From positions 1-54,140 of IMG/VR virus record IMGVR_UViG_3300021579_000009: 54,140 nt of DNA; one strand, written 5' to 3'. Numbering within the stretch: the stretch's first letter is position 1; the number at the start of each line of letters is the position of its first letter. Below are positions 44,484-54,140 of this stretch, one piece after another. A program made the translations under genes and the position numbers. Source of the DNA: a virus (taxonomy: Duplodnaviria; Caudoviricetes). The notes under the pieces are model-generated. The model was not told the origin of the DNA. It saw only the letters and a list, made by a program, of their open reading frames with translations, and did not search any database.

Positions 44484-46226
44484 TTAGTTCAACGCCATCC
44501 ATTGAGTGTTGCCGACTCCATACGCCATGTAAGCTTTAGGTGTAGAGGTATCAACATAAAGCTCGCCAATGAAAAGCGGAGTTAGTACACCCGATGGGCT
44601 TGCCGTTCCTGATCTGCGGGCCTGAGTAAAAGTTCCATCAGCATTGACTGAGGCTAATGTCGTTCCGGCGCTATTGACGGCTTTGAATACTGGAGCCGTT
44701 TGTCCTGCATATGCTTGGGCAATGAGTGGGGTATCACCGATTTTTACTGAGCGGAAAGTACTAACGCCAGGAAATGAATTGGGATAGTTTGAACCATCGC
44801 TCTTGACGCAGCCGACAAAAGTATGGCGCTCATAACCAGTACCTGAATTGTCAGTGACGTTGTCGAGATTGATTAGCCCAAAGAACGACGACGGGTTAGG
44901 AGTTGTACCAAAAATAATGTCAGTTGTGTTCGACTCGAAGCGAGTACCGAACATGGTGATTGATCCAGCGCCGCCAATAATGGAGACGGCTTGATTACAT
45001 TGTTCTAAGTTTCCGCCTAAAAATATCGCTCCATTTCCGTCGCCAGCGCTGACTAGCAATCCAATGCTGGTTGCATCGGTTGCCTTATCTCCATAGCCGT
45101 AGCAATTCGAGAACATTGTTTGCGTGGCAACAACAGACCCGGAATGTGAAAGCTTGAACGACACATGCAAATGGTTGCAGTAAACATTTTCGAGATGATT
45201 AGCAAACGCAGACGCATTTGATCCGTCTATCTTTACGCCGATTGAGGTTCGCGTCGCGTTAATTGCGCCCTCGATATACATATTGCGAAGCACAGTATTA
45301 GCTCCACCCTGGATCTGTACAGCCTTGCCGTCAACGTGAGATAGAGTGATCTGCATCTCCTCCATTCCCATTGACCAATACAAAGAGCCAGCTGTACCGC
45401 CTAGCGTGGCAAGGGTTGCTGATCCAGAATAGGTCAGGATTGTGCCGCGGTTAGCTCCGCCCTGGATCTTTGTATAAGGTGGAAGCGTAAACGCATTGCT
45501 TGCGAATGTACCCGGTGGAAGTTTTACAGTGTCAGATTCGACACTCACGCCGGTTGTTATGCCCGCCGCATTTTGAGTTGATGTAGACGAACTGGTAAAG
45601 CTTGATGCGTAACGCTGTACTGATTTTGTCGGCAGAGTTGGCTTTGTTGTATCAGTCGGCGTTACGCCCCTGTCTCTCTCGGCATCGGTGCGAGGGTAGA
45701 GTAGCGCGCCGATAGTGGACTGCGTCATCGTTGTGCTAGACAACGCAGCAGGCGTTGGCTTACCGTCAGAATCGAACGTCAGGTACTTATTCGCGTAATT
45801 TGTAGGATCTAATTCAATATCAGTGCTATCAACTTCCGCGGACAGCGGAATGCGTAATGCGCGACGGGTATCACGCTTCAGTTGCTGAAGTAACAAGTAT
45901 GTTTTGTCTTGTTCATCATTGTACGCAACGGAACTCCAAGGACCGTTCTGAGCGATGTCGGTGTCTCGTTCGATAGCAATGTCGCGGTAGATAGTGACGA
46001 TCTCGCCGCCCGCTAGCGCTGTTACGAGAGTAACCGTGCCGCCTGTGTCTTCACCTTCACCGGTAACTGTGTAGTCCGTGGTCAGCGCTTGTTCGACACC
46101 ATCTACTAATACGACGAGATCGGCGTCTTGGAATATCGGGTATGGGTAGTCAAAAACGGTTTGACTTGCAGCAGCAACATATTGAACAAACGGTTCAATG
46201 TCAGTTACGTTGTCGATCGATGTCAT
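44484..46226 (-). CDS. Tailspike (T7 gp17-like N-terminal anchor plus beta-helix depolymerase-like domain)
   Basis: QTVFDYPYPIF..ADL.V, DYTVTG and N.EQDK...L.QQ; then LPPGT and IQG...GT.L with Asn/Gly-rich repeats. Confidence 0.85.
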   Translation of the reverse strand: MTSIDNVTDIEPFVQYVAAASQTVFDYPYPIFQDADLVVLVDGVEQALTTDYTVTGEGEDTGGTVTLVTALAGGEIVTIYRDIAIERDTDIAQNGPWSSVAYNDEQDKTYLLLQQLKRDTRRALRIPLSAEVDSTDIELDPTNYANKYLTFDSDGKPTPAALSSTTMTQSTIGALLYPRTDAERDRGVTPTDTTKPTLPTKSVQRYASSFTSSSTSTQNAAGITTGVSVESDTVKLPPGTFASNAFTLPPYTKIQGGANRGTILTYSGSATLATLGGTAGSLYWSMGMEEMQITLSHVDGKAVQIQGGANTVLRNMYIEGAINATRTSIGVKIDGSNASAFANHLENVYCNHLHVSFKLSHSGSVVATQTMFSNCYGYGDKATDATSIGLLVSAGDGNGAIFLGGNLEQCNQAVSIIGGAGSITMFGTRFESNTTDIIFGTTPNPSSFFGLINLDNVTDNSGTGYERHTFVGCVKSDGSNYPNSFPGVSTFRSVKIGDTPLIAQAYAGQTAPVFKAVNSAGTTLASVNADGTFTQARRSGTASPSGVLTPLFIGELYVDTSTPKAYMAYGVGNTQWMALN

Positions 46227-49063
46227 TGTTGTGAGCCCTGCTTATCGTAAAGAAGTCGTTGTTTGTCCATGCGCCACTGAGTAATTCGTTCTGCGTAATC
46301 TGGATTTTCCTTTTCCAGTTTAAGCCTGCCGATTTTGTCCGCTTGGTTTTGAATGTGCTTTAAAAGCTCGACGCGCATGAGCGGTGTCGCTTTCTGGTAT
46401 TCAGCGGTACGGATTGTTTGATCGAGCATGTCGTAATACGACTTACCGCCGAAGTTGCCCTCTGAACGGGAAATGCGTACTAAGTCCGCATACTCCGTTG
46501 CATTGAGCCTCATTCCTTGCACACGCTTATCCGGCATCGTCGAGGGAACTTGGTGGGTGGTCTTCATCAAGTCAACCAGCTCGGAGACCACTGGGTCTGA
46601 TTTTTGTTTTGACTCAGGGATCGGTGACATCGCACCGAGAAGCGAGCTGGAATTCTTCTCGCGGATCTCACCGAAAAGATCGAGACGCAACGGCAAGTCT
46701 TTCGAGTACCCGGGCGTGTTGTCTTTGATCTTGTCCAAAATCGTCCACGCTTCGCGCAAATAAGGGTCGTCGAAGTTACGGATCGTGCGTTGGAGTGCGG
46801 AGTAGGGAACTTGTGAAGCAGCCATCTGAGAGACGTACGGCTTGATCTTTCTCGAAGGATCGTTCATCAATTCAATGAAGTCCGATACACCCTTCATAAA
46901 TGTCTTGTTGCCGGTGTTATTCATCACTCCAGCGATGATCGAGCCCGCCGCCTGCCAGCGCTGTGCTTCCTGGTCCGACATATTCTCTGGGTCATCGTTG
47001 ACATACGCACCGATCTCCATTGCGTCCGCTGTCGCGCCGACAACCGAAGCGAAAGGCTCCATGCGTGCGTACGAATGCCAAGTTGTTTCACCACTTACAG
47101 GGTTCGTAACTTTGATCGAGTAAGGGCGTTTGCCGTTCTCCATCCACAGCTGCCGTGCTTTCGGATCTTGTGGACCACCACCGGTAATCTGGTCATGTGC
47201 AACCCAGTACGCCACAAGCGCTGAAGTACCAGAACCAAGGGCGAACTTGGTAAGCGCCAGATCGCGGCGCGCGCCGCCTGCCGATACGTCAGCCCAAAAG
47301 CGATTCGAGAACACAGCCATTGGCGAACGGTACATCGATTGCTTAAAGATGTTCGTCGGCGTGCGAATGAAGGGGGCGATAAGGGTTAGCACTGGCACAC
47401 TGCGCAAGCCTTTTTGAATTGCTTGCCCTGCACTTCCAAGCGGCGTTTGGAATGTCATTTCATTCGCCCAGTCTTCCGCTGCTTTCTGCGTTTCTTCCGG
47501 CGTGTTCTCCATGAAGTTGCGTGCTTCTTGCGCCGCGTCTTCTAGCTTCAGCGCACCGGTTTCAAGCTGATCTTGCACGTGGACCATCGCTTGTCGTTCT
47601 ACATACGCACGGTATGAGAGCGTCTTGAATAGATCGTCTTCTGCTCCGAGCGCGCGTGTGGGCAAGTCAATTAGCGTATCGAGTCCTTTAATGATTCGAC
47701 CAAGATAAGGCTTATCTAGCTCAGGCAAACGCTGCAGCGTAGAGCCATACGCGCCGCCAGCCGCTTCGTACTTAAGCACGCCGTCTAACGACTGGCCGGT
47801 TTTCAGCGCACGGCCAAACAGGCGCCAAGCGTCGGACGTTGCGCCAAGTGTGCCATGCAATGTCGCAAGTGCTTCGCCTGCAGCAACGTGTTCCTCGCCT
47901 GGCAGAAAGCGGCCGAGCCGAGCAGCTAGTCCAATTTCTGCGGCATTCATCGCTTGGAAGATTGTGTTACCAACCATGTTGACGAAGTGCGTCGTAGGCC
48001 CCGACAAGATTCCGTTTACGAAATTACGGTTGACGAGGTTCATCGCCGCGCCGCCAACACGCCGCAATAACCCTTGCTTCGCAACTTGCGTTACGCCAGC
48101 GACGGAGTCGGTCATGTGGATGGCTTTCGCAACGCGTTCTACGTCTGCGCCCGAGTTGTTCAGAATCTCAGCGATGCGACTTACTTGAATAGGATCGGAG
48201 CCCACAGGAATGCTAAAGGCGTTTAATGCACGGCCCGTTTCTGCACGAGCGCCCATGAACTGCGTTTGATATTCGTTATGGAATTGGAGTTGGCGAGCGA
48301 ACTGGACTTTCTCAAGGTCGGTTGCCTGGCCCACTGCAATTTTATCCGCGAGAGTCTTGAGACGGTCGGCGCTTGAGTTAAGCACTTGTCGTGCAGCCAG
48401 AATCGTTTCGGGGTTAAGGACTCCCCCAGCTTCTCGTTCCAGCACTTGCTTTACAACATCTTGGCTCACATTCAGATCGCCAGCCAAGCCCTGCAGTTGC
48501 TCGTTCGTAATCGTGCCGCGTCGAGCTACGTCGATCTTGGCTGCGTTCTGCTGCGCGACGTCGGCGATCACAGACTTAATTTCGTCGGTTGTCGTGATGC
48601 GATCGAAGTTAGGCATATGCGCTTCATCGAGCGCATAATCACCGAGGTTGGCTTTAGACAACCGTTCCGCCGTATTTTCTACAGGCTCCACCACAGGCGG
48701 AACTTCCGCTGGTACGGGCTCCGCGCGAGGAGGCATCTTGCTTGGAACAGAAGGTTCTTCGAGCGCTGCAGTAGCCGGCTGCTTCTCAGCAGGAGCCTCG
48801 GGCGCTTTAGCTACTGGCCGCTCTGGTGTTGCCTGTGCGGCTTCAGCAGGTACAGCAGACGGTGCATCTGTGGGTACTTCCGATACAGGTGCTGCGTCTG
48901 GAGATGCAGCTACTTCAGGAACTTTCTGCGCAGCTGCTTTCTTGGCTGCAGCTTCTGCTTCCTTCGCAGCAATCTCGCGTTCAGCCGGGCGCAGCACCTT
49001 AGCACCTTTGGCACCTTTAAGGACTGCTTCTTCGATTGCTTTCTTTAGACCAAAATCTGGCAC
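46223..49063 (-). CDS. Large internal virion (ejection) protein
   Basis: 946 aa; NGILSGP.TH.VN, R.L.AEDD.FK, PFIRTP.NI and SY.R.EP motifs; lies just before the tailspike. Confidence 0.75.
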   Translation of the reverse strand: MPDFGLKKAIEEAVLKGAKGAKVLRPAEREIAAKEAEAAAKKAAAQKVPEVAASPDAAPVSEVPTDAPSAVPAEAAQATPERPVAKAPEAPAEKQPATAALEEPSVPSKMPPRAEPVPAEVPPVVEPVENTAERLSKANLGDYALDEAHMPNFDRITTTDEIKSVIADVAQQNAAKIDVARRGTITNEQLQGLAGDLNVSQDVVKQVLEREAGGVLNPETILAARQVLNSSADRLKTLADKIAVGQATDLEKVQFARQLQFHNEYQTQFMGARAETGRALNAFSIPVGSDPIQVSRIAEILNNSGADVERVAKAIHMTDSVAGVTQVAKQGLLRRVGGAAMNLVNRNFVNGILSGPTTHFVNMVGNTIFQAMNAAEIGLAARLGRFLPGEEHVAAGEALATLHGTLGATSDAWRLFGRALKTGQSLDGVLKYEAAGGAYGSTLQRLPELDKPYLGRIIKGLDTLIDLPTRALGAEDDLFKTLSYRAYVERQAMVHVQDQLETGALKLEDAAQEARNFMENTPEETQKAAEDWANEMTFQTPLGSAGQAIQKGLRSVPVLTLIAPFIRTPTNIFKQSMYRSPMAVFSNRFWADVSAGGARRDLALTKFALGSGTSALVAYWVAHDQITGGGPQDPKARQLWMENGKRPYSIKVTNPVSGETTWHSYARMEPFASVVGATADAMEIGAYVNDDPENMSDQEAQRWQAAGSIIAGVMNNTGNKTFMKGVSDFIELMNDPSRKIKPYVSQMAASQVPYSALQRTIRNFDDPYLREAWTILDKIKDNTPGYSKDLPLRLDLFGEIREKNSSSLLGAMSPIPESKQKSDPVVSELVDLMKTTHQVPSTMPDKRVQGMRLNATEYADLVRISRSEGNFGGKSYYDMLDQTIRTAEYQKATPLMRVELLKHIQNQADKIGRLKLEKENPDYAERITQWRMDKQRLLYDKQGSQQ

Positions 49064-49066
49064 TGG

Positions 49067-50512
49067 TTATTTCTCCACAAGCGAAATGTTCTTCACTACT
49101 GGCTCGCCGCCTGGGCCTTTAACCGGTACGCGGCCATCTTTCTGTTTCAGCGCGGCTTCAACCTTTGCTGGATCTGAGTACTCGAAGTTCAACTTGCCGC
49201 TCTTTTTCAGTGACTCGTAAACGCGTAGCTGATTGACGGTGACAGAACTATCTGACACCATCGGCTTTCCCTGCTCGCGCGCGTACTTGGCTGCAGTCAG
49301 TAGCAGCTCTTTACCTTTGCCAGTGCCACGTGTGGCATCTTCAACAACAGCATTACTGATCTGGAGCGCACCGCTTTCGTTTTCTTTCATCGCAAGCAAG
49401 CCATTCGGTTTGTTCTTGTCATAGGTAGTGACAACCGTCGAGCCTGGCGGCACATAGTGTTCACTGCGGAAAGAATCGGTGAACTGTCCATTGTGGTTCG
49501 GCTCGATAGATGCTGCGCTACTTGGGGATGTTTGCGCACTTGTAGTGCTCGAAGGACTAAACACTTCAGGATTGACAGCACCAACTTGCCTGGTAGGCCC
49601 AATCGACATATCCACACTTTTGCTTGCCGTGTCAGGCAAACCATTGAACGCAGCGTGGCCCCCTTTAAATAAAACGGCGCCTGTTTTGAATAGTGTTGCA
49701 ATTGCTGCGGAGAAGGTGAGATTGTCGACAACATTCTTAAATCGGCCTTCGGCTTCGCTTTCGTTGTCGCGGTTCGACATATAGTCTATGTATGCATTCA
49801 GCAGACTGCCATCTGGCGCTACAGCGTTCATTGCCTCGCCGAACTTGCCTTCTACATGCTTGCCGAGTTGTAAGATGTCAGTCATGCGTGGATCGTGCGG
49901 CGCTAAAACAGTGGACGCTGTTAGCGCCTCCGCGGTAGCAGAACGAGCTATCGTTCCAAGTGCATTGGCCCCTTTAAGCCCCCCAATCAGTTTGCTGTAG
50001 CCAAGGAAGGGTACCGCATACTGCGCGATGGTCTGCGTGACTTCGTCTTTCGTATCGCTATTGCTGGCGAGGTAGTTACGAAACTGCAGCACTGCATTTT
50101 TCGCAGCATCGTATACCGGCGAAGGAGCTGGCTGCTCAGGCACAGGAGGTACTTCAGCCGGCGCGGTGCCAGGGAGTCTTGCCGCGTTATCCGCCGCAGC
50201 CATTGCGCTTTTGCCCTCCGCATTTTTATGCTGAAGGTACTCATACCCATGTTTAAGCGCATCGGCGGTGTTTATCGCTGCGTCGAGTGTGCCGACCGAG
50301 ACGTTACGCGGTAGCTCGCGCATCCAGTTTACTACGGGCGCAGGAACGCCCATGACGCCGCCGATGATTTCCACCCCCGCTTTCTTGGCTGCTTCATCGT
50401 TCGCTTGCTTCCACTCGTTCTGCTTATCGAGATCGCGTGCGGCGGACAGCTGAGCCAGAGAGTCTTCGAGGTCCTGCTGAATTCTAGGAGTCTGAATGAC
50501 TGGATCGCTCAT
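49067..50512 (-). CDS. Internal virion protein with a C-terminal GNAT-like domain
   Basis: Helical N-terminal part (EAEGRFKN) followed by V...TRGTGKGKELL and SD..V......VYESL. Confidence 0.65.
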   Translation of the reverse strand: MSDPVIQTPRIQQDLEDSLAQLSAARDLDKQNEWKQANDEAAKKAGVEIIGGVMGVPAPVVNWMRELPRNVSVGTLDAAINTADALKHGYEYLQHKNAEGKSAMAAADNAARLPGTAPAEVPPVPEQPAPSPVYDAAKNAVLQFRNYLASNSDTKDEVTQTIAQYAVPFLGYSKLIGGLKGANALGTIARSATAEALTASTVLAPHDPRMTDILQLGKHVEGKFGEAMNAVAPDGSLLNAYIDYMSNRDNESEAEGRFKNVVDNLTFSAAIATLFKTGAVLFKGGHAAFNGLPDTASKSVDMSIGPTRQVGAVNPEVFSPSSTTSAQTSPSSAASIEPNHNGQFTDSFRSEHYVPPGSTVVTTYDKNKPNGLLAMKENESGALQISNAVVEDATRGTGKGKELLLTAAKYAREQGKPMVSDSSVTVNQLRVYESLKKSGKLNFEYSDPAKVEAALKQKDGRVPVKGPGGEPVVKNISLVEK

Positions 50513-52122
50513 TTGCGTGCCGCCTCTGCTTGCGCTGCTGTGATGTCCGAGTCATATCGGTTAAGGCGTTCGTCATACTTCTTGCGTTCTTCTTTTCCAA
50601 GCGCGTTCGGATCACCGGCGCGCTTAATAAAATTGGCTTTCGCGCGCGCCAGATCTTGCGCCTCGATCGACTTGGCTTTACGAATATACGTGCCGATAAC
50701 TTCCTCCGACTTAGAAATAACTGCGCCTTGACGTTCTGCTGGAGGCAGTAATTCCACTTGGTTGTACCACTCGGTGAGCGCTTGATTGCGCTGAGTCTTT
50801 ACGTCGTCAGGAAGGGTTTGAATCATCGTACCTGGCACAATTCCGAGCGCGCGGTCGATGCGAGCTTCACCTTCGCGCGCCGCCTGTGTGCCTTTCCAAC
50901 CGGCGGCCTCTTCGCGGCGTTTCAACAGCAAGTCGCCGCGAGTGCCCCACTTAAGGCCAGGCATTGACGCAATCTCTTGCTCCGAATAGTGAAGCAAATT
51001 AGTACGAACGTCGAAAGCAACGCGCGAGTCATCGATACCCGGATCGCCCTTTTGCAATTCGTTGTACAGCGTACGTGCAACCTCGGGGCTCAAGTTCTGC
51101 GACTGTGTTAAATCGTATAGTTTTTTCTGCGTGAGTCTCCCCGCGAGCAGGTCCGATGTAGCATTACGATCGCCCACCTCAAAGCGCATGTGTTCTTCTT
51201 GCTTCGCTTTACGAATGTCGTATTCGGCCATGCCGTTTGACTCGCGAAGATCCGAGAGCAAAGAATCAACCAGTTTTTCTTCTTCTGCTGGCAGCAAAGC
51301 GTTGCTGGTCTTATTCACTTCTTTCAAACGCTTGATAAAGCCAATTGGGTCCCCATAGGGATTCGCAAGCTCGTCGCGGAAGCGCGCAGTAACCGTCTGT
51401 TGGGTGATGGCTTTTTGGCTCTGCTTATGCGCGGCATCCGCTTCGATTGGGGTGAGAGTGCCATCTCGTCGGGCACTATCGATCAATAGTCCTAACTTTT
51501 GCTGCTCAACGTCCGCTTCATCATGCTTGTCTAAATCGTTCGAGGCACGCAATAGCGCGATACGGTCCGTGGACCGCTGTATGCCTTCGGACACATCCGT
51601 GCGTGCTTGACTCTGTGCTTCCTGCGCTTGTGCATGGCTGAGGTTGGCTACACCTTCCGTGAGACGTTTATTGTAGATCTCGATGAGCGCCGGCCGAGCT
51701 TCAGCAGGGGCGTTCTTAATGACTGCGTCACGAACGGCGCCGAAGGTTGCTTGGAACGCATGAGGGTCCTTGTTCGCCTCGACCTGTAGCCTTGCCGCTG
51801 TATCTTCCGCGTCGGCCTGTGCGCGAATCGCGTAACTGCGCGTAGCTGCGTTGTTGTACGCTTCCGCGTATGCTGTGTTCTGCAGAAAGCCGCGGTTAAA
51901 ATCTTTGCCACCTGGTTTTCCAAAGTTTGCTTCTGCACCAGCGGCGGCACCTACTTGCGCGCCGCGCTTAGCTTGAAATTGTTCATTTAAACCAGAGAGT
52001 CCGGTCTCGAAAGTTTTGAACGCATGGGCTAGACTTTGCGCCGCCTGCGCGTCGCCGCTATCCGGGATAGCTGTGTCGATTAGCGCAGGTGACTGCAGCT
52101 GACGGTACTCTATGCCTGCCAT
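50509..52122 (-). CDS. Internal virion protein (gp15-like position)
   Basis: 537 aa, helical and Ala/Gln rich; synteny. Confidence 0.65.
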   Translation of the reverse strand: MAGIEYRQLQSPALIDTAIPDSGDAQAAQSLAHAFKTFETGLSGLNEQFQAKRGAQVGAAAGAEANFGKPGGKDFNRGFLQNTAYAEAYNNAATRSYAIRAQADAEDTAARLQVEANKDPHAFQATFGAVRDAVIKNAPAEARPALIEIYNKRLTEGVANLSHAQAQEAQSQARTDVSEGIQRSTDRIALLRASNDLDKHDEADVEQQKLGLLIDSARRDGTLTPIEADAAHKQSQKAITQQTVTARFRDELANPYGDPIGFIKRLKEVNKTSNALLPAEEEKLVDSLLSDLRESNGMAEYDIRKAKQEEHMRFEVGDRNATSDLLAGRLTQKKLYDLTQSQNLSPEVARTLYNELQKGDPGIDDSRVAFDVRTNLLHYSEQEIASMPGLKWGTRGDLLLKRREEAAGWKGTQAAREGEARIDRALGIVPGTMIQTLPDDVKTQRNQALTEWYNQVELLPPAERQGAVISKSEEVIGTYIRKAKSIEAQDLARAKANFIKRAGDPNALGKEERKKYDERLNRYDSDITAAQAEAARK

Positions 52123-52125
52123 AAA

Positions 52126-52572
52126 TTAGCTTCTTCCCGGTATGCTCTTGTACGTTTTGCCAATCGTATCCATTAACGAAGTAGCTGCGGCTGCATTGCC
52201 CTGCTCAACTGCATTCGACGCTTGGCTTGCCAGCGCGCGTTGGCGAACTTGCGTATTGGCGTTCGAGATAAGAAGATCGTTTTGATTCTCTGCGATATTG
52301 CGACGGACAATGCCGCCGAAAGACCCGCCTGTCTCGATGCCTGAAGCACCGGCCGAGGCGTTCTGCGAAGATAGCGCACGAAGCAGGTCCTTACGTCTGT
52401 CGATTTCCCGTTGCGTTGCAGCGTCAGCTTCCGAGCGCGCTTGGACCTTGATGTTGTTCTCCATCAAAGCGCCAGCACGTTTCTGCTGTGCCGCGCTATA
52501 AATACCTGCTGCGGCGCTAACGGCAGCAGAAGCAACGCCTACCCATGCCGGGATTGTGGCTAAAAAAGCCAT
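52126..52572 (-). CDS. Internal virion protein (gp14-like)
   Basis: Hydrophobic Ala-rich N-terminus and Q.A..GASGI..GGS motif. Confidence 0.75.
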   Translation of the reverse strand: MAFLATIPAWVGVASAAVSAAAGIYSAAQQKRAGALMENNIKVQARSEADAATQREIDRRKDLLRALSSQNASAGASGIETGGSFGGIVRRNIAENQNDLLISNANTQVRQRALASQASNAVEQGNAAAATSLMDTIGKTYKSIPGRS

Positions 52573-52573
52573 G

Positions 52574-54140
52574 CTATATGCTCCCCTCTATCTGAATATC
52601 TAAGCCAAGAAGTTCGAATGGCAAAGGATCTACCTGTGTAAATGAGACCAATTTGTCTTCGGACTCGTCCCAGTTCGTAGATTCTTCGATCGTGTGCACG
52701 CCGGTGAACGGTGTCGCGGCTTCGTCGAAGTCATCCACATCGAAGTACCGGTCAGGCAATGGTCTGCCATTGACGAGCAGCCCCAGAGTGTTACGCACTT
52801 TGGCGCGCACTTTCACGACGCGCTTCTTGCGCATCAAGTTAGAACCTTGCGGTGTGATTGTTTGCAATGGCATCGGCGTGGCTTCAACAGTCCAATCCAA
52901 ACCGACTTCCACAGCAGAAACAGTTTTTGATAACGTCGCGTTTCCACTGACGTCAGGTGTCACATTTTCAAGGACGAAGCCATCGGCGCGCACACGGCAT
53001 TCTTCGCCATACAGGTGACTCGCCCCAGTTACAGATGCTGCAGCGGGGCTATTAGTTGATACGTGTGCACAATCTGTATAACACGTAACGTCCGCAATTT
53101 CAAGCATCGAATAATCAACGCCATTCAACGTACGCTTCGTCGTAAAATAAATGTCTTCAAGGATAGAGCATACCGACTTGAACTGGCCGTCTGTTGTCCA
53201 AATAGTCCAAGCTTGGATCTGCGCTTCTTTGCGCGAGTTGAAAATCGCGACTGACCCATCTGGGAACGCGTCACTGCTCGTGTCCGGGTTCGTCCCGTTG
53301 ACCACAAGCACAAAGCTTATTTCGTCGATGGCCGAGCCGTTCCATGCTGCCATATCGCGCACGTCGTAAATCAAGTGTGGCGCGAGGGAGGACACACCTA
53401 ACGAGTTGTACGCGTTTTCTGTGTAGTCGAAGCGGAAATCTCTGATCGATTTCTTATTGCGCTGAACGTAGATTGTCGCACCGTCGATTGTGACGGGCTT
53501 AATCTTAGCTGCGCCGTACTGCGTCTGGTTTACTGGTGCATCGCCGGGGCTAATAGGCGTGCCTAGCTCCTTAGCATAGCGGAACTCGCCGCCGCTTGTA
53601 AAGAGCTGGAGGCTTCTACCCCCGAACAATCCTTGGATAGCTGTCAAGCGTCCGCCGTTTAGCGTAGTAAAAACAGGATCGTCCGCGAGTCCTTCTCCGA
53701 TCTCAAAGCCAAGAATATTGTTAACTTGGCTTCCAATTATCGATTGTTGCTTCTGCTTTGTGCCACCAAAGTACAAGCGACCCTCAAAGAACTCAACGGT
53801 CCGGGGGTAGCCCCGCGTAGAACTCCAAACCGGTTCGCGCCGGGGTACGCCTGTCACCGAATGGTTGACACTTGCGGTTGACGACGAACTAAGAGGGCTC
53901 ACCGTCATATCGCCGTATGCACTGGCACTATCTTCGGCAAGCGTTACAGTGAACTCTGCTGAGCCTGTACGTGAACAGGATACCCCGTTGAAGCCTTGTA
54001 CAGACCACAACTTTTGAACTTCACGAGTAATGTTGTCTGCTGTGGTAGCATTGTCTCCTGCGTATACTACGGTAGCAGTGCGCGCGCCGTCAAGTGTAAT
54101 TTGGAAAGTATCACCGGCGTTCCAGCCAGCAGCGAAGGTA
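52574..54140 (-). CDS. Tail tubular protein B (nozzle), 5'-truncated
   Basis: WS..RGYP.TV.FFEGRLYFGG, LQLFTSGGEF, LAPHL, AW...TDG.F and HL.G..V.ADG; the frame is open to the window end. Confidence 0.9.
   Translation of the reverse strand, partial: TFAAGWNAGDTFQITLDGARTATVVYAGDNATTADNITREVQKLWSVQGFNGVSCSRTGSAEFTVTLAEDSASAYGDMTVSPLSSSSTASVNHSVTGVPRREPVWSSTRGYPRTVEFFEGRLYFGGTKQKQQSIIGSQVNNILGFEIGEGLADDPVFTTLNGGRLTAIQGLFGGRSLQLFTSGGEFRYAKELGTPISPGDAPVNQTQYGAAKIKPVTIDGATIYVQRNKKSIRDFRFDYTENAYNSLGVSSLAPHLIYDVRDMAAWNGSAIDEISFVLVVNGTNPDTSSDAFPDGSVAIFNSRKEAQIQAWTIWTTDGQFKSVCSILEDIYFTTKRTLNGVDYSMLEIADVTCYTDCAHVSTNSPAAASVTGASHLYGEECRVRADGFVLENVTPDVSGNATLSKTVSAVEVGLDWTVEATPMPLQTITPQGSNLMRKKRVVKVRAKVRNTLGLLVNGRPLPDRYFDVDDFDEAATPFTGVHTIEESTNWDESEDKLVSFTQVDPLPFELLGLDIQIEGSI

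Noticed and set aside
44355-44484. Possible small gene or N-terminal extension upstream of the endolysin
   Set aside because: Stops interrupt the frames examined; only an 18-codon ORF starts at 44484, which is too weak to call.
49060-49070. Readthrough fusion of the two in-frame internal virion genes (TAA CCA GTG)
   Set aside because: The downstream gene has its own GGAG RBS before GTG, and the upstream protein ends with a complete-looking domain.
1-54140. Genome-wide TAG reassignment (alternative genetic code)
   Set aside because: Many genes end at TAG with natural C-termini and coupled next starts (for example TAGTG at 2547, the portal and terL). Only one internal TAG was found in a recognisable gene.

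Overview
The window is a nearly complete, circularly permuted genome (about 55 kb) of a short-tailed dsDNA phage. The spanins and GH19 endolysin point to a Gram-negative host. The tail tubular protein B gene starts at position 48, runs off position 1 and reappears at 54140, with an unseen gap in between. The minus strand carries one long late region: terminase, portal, scaffold and major capsid; four Ser/Thr/Gly-rich putative virion-surface proteins; a five-gene modification cluster; tail tubular A and B; internal virion proteins; a tailspike; and lysis genes. The plus strand (18777-42326) carries early and accessory genes (serine recombinase, vWA protein, C5 DNA methyltransferase, Lar proteins, sigma factor) and an APSE-like replication module (primase-helicase, DUF2800, DUF2815, family A polymerase, VRR-NUC, SNF2). 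No RNA polymerase, tyrosine integrase, tRNA or CRISPR array was seen. The best candidate for an undescribed system is the cluster at 603-4021 (Maf/GT29-like transferase, ATP-grasp ligase, two GT8-like glycosyltransferases, FkbM methyltransferase). It sits inside the structural operon next to Ser/Thr-rich proteins, which suggests virion glycosylation with further amino-acid and methyl decoration. Other notable signals are a methyltransferase split over two overlapping reading frames, an in-frame amber codon in the primase, structured RNA leaders, a heptamer repeat cluster and a GNAT domain on a putative ejected protein. All family calls come from motif recognition by eye; no database searches were run.
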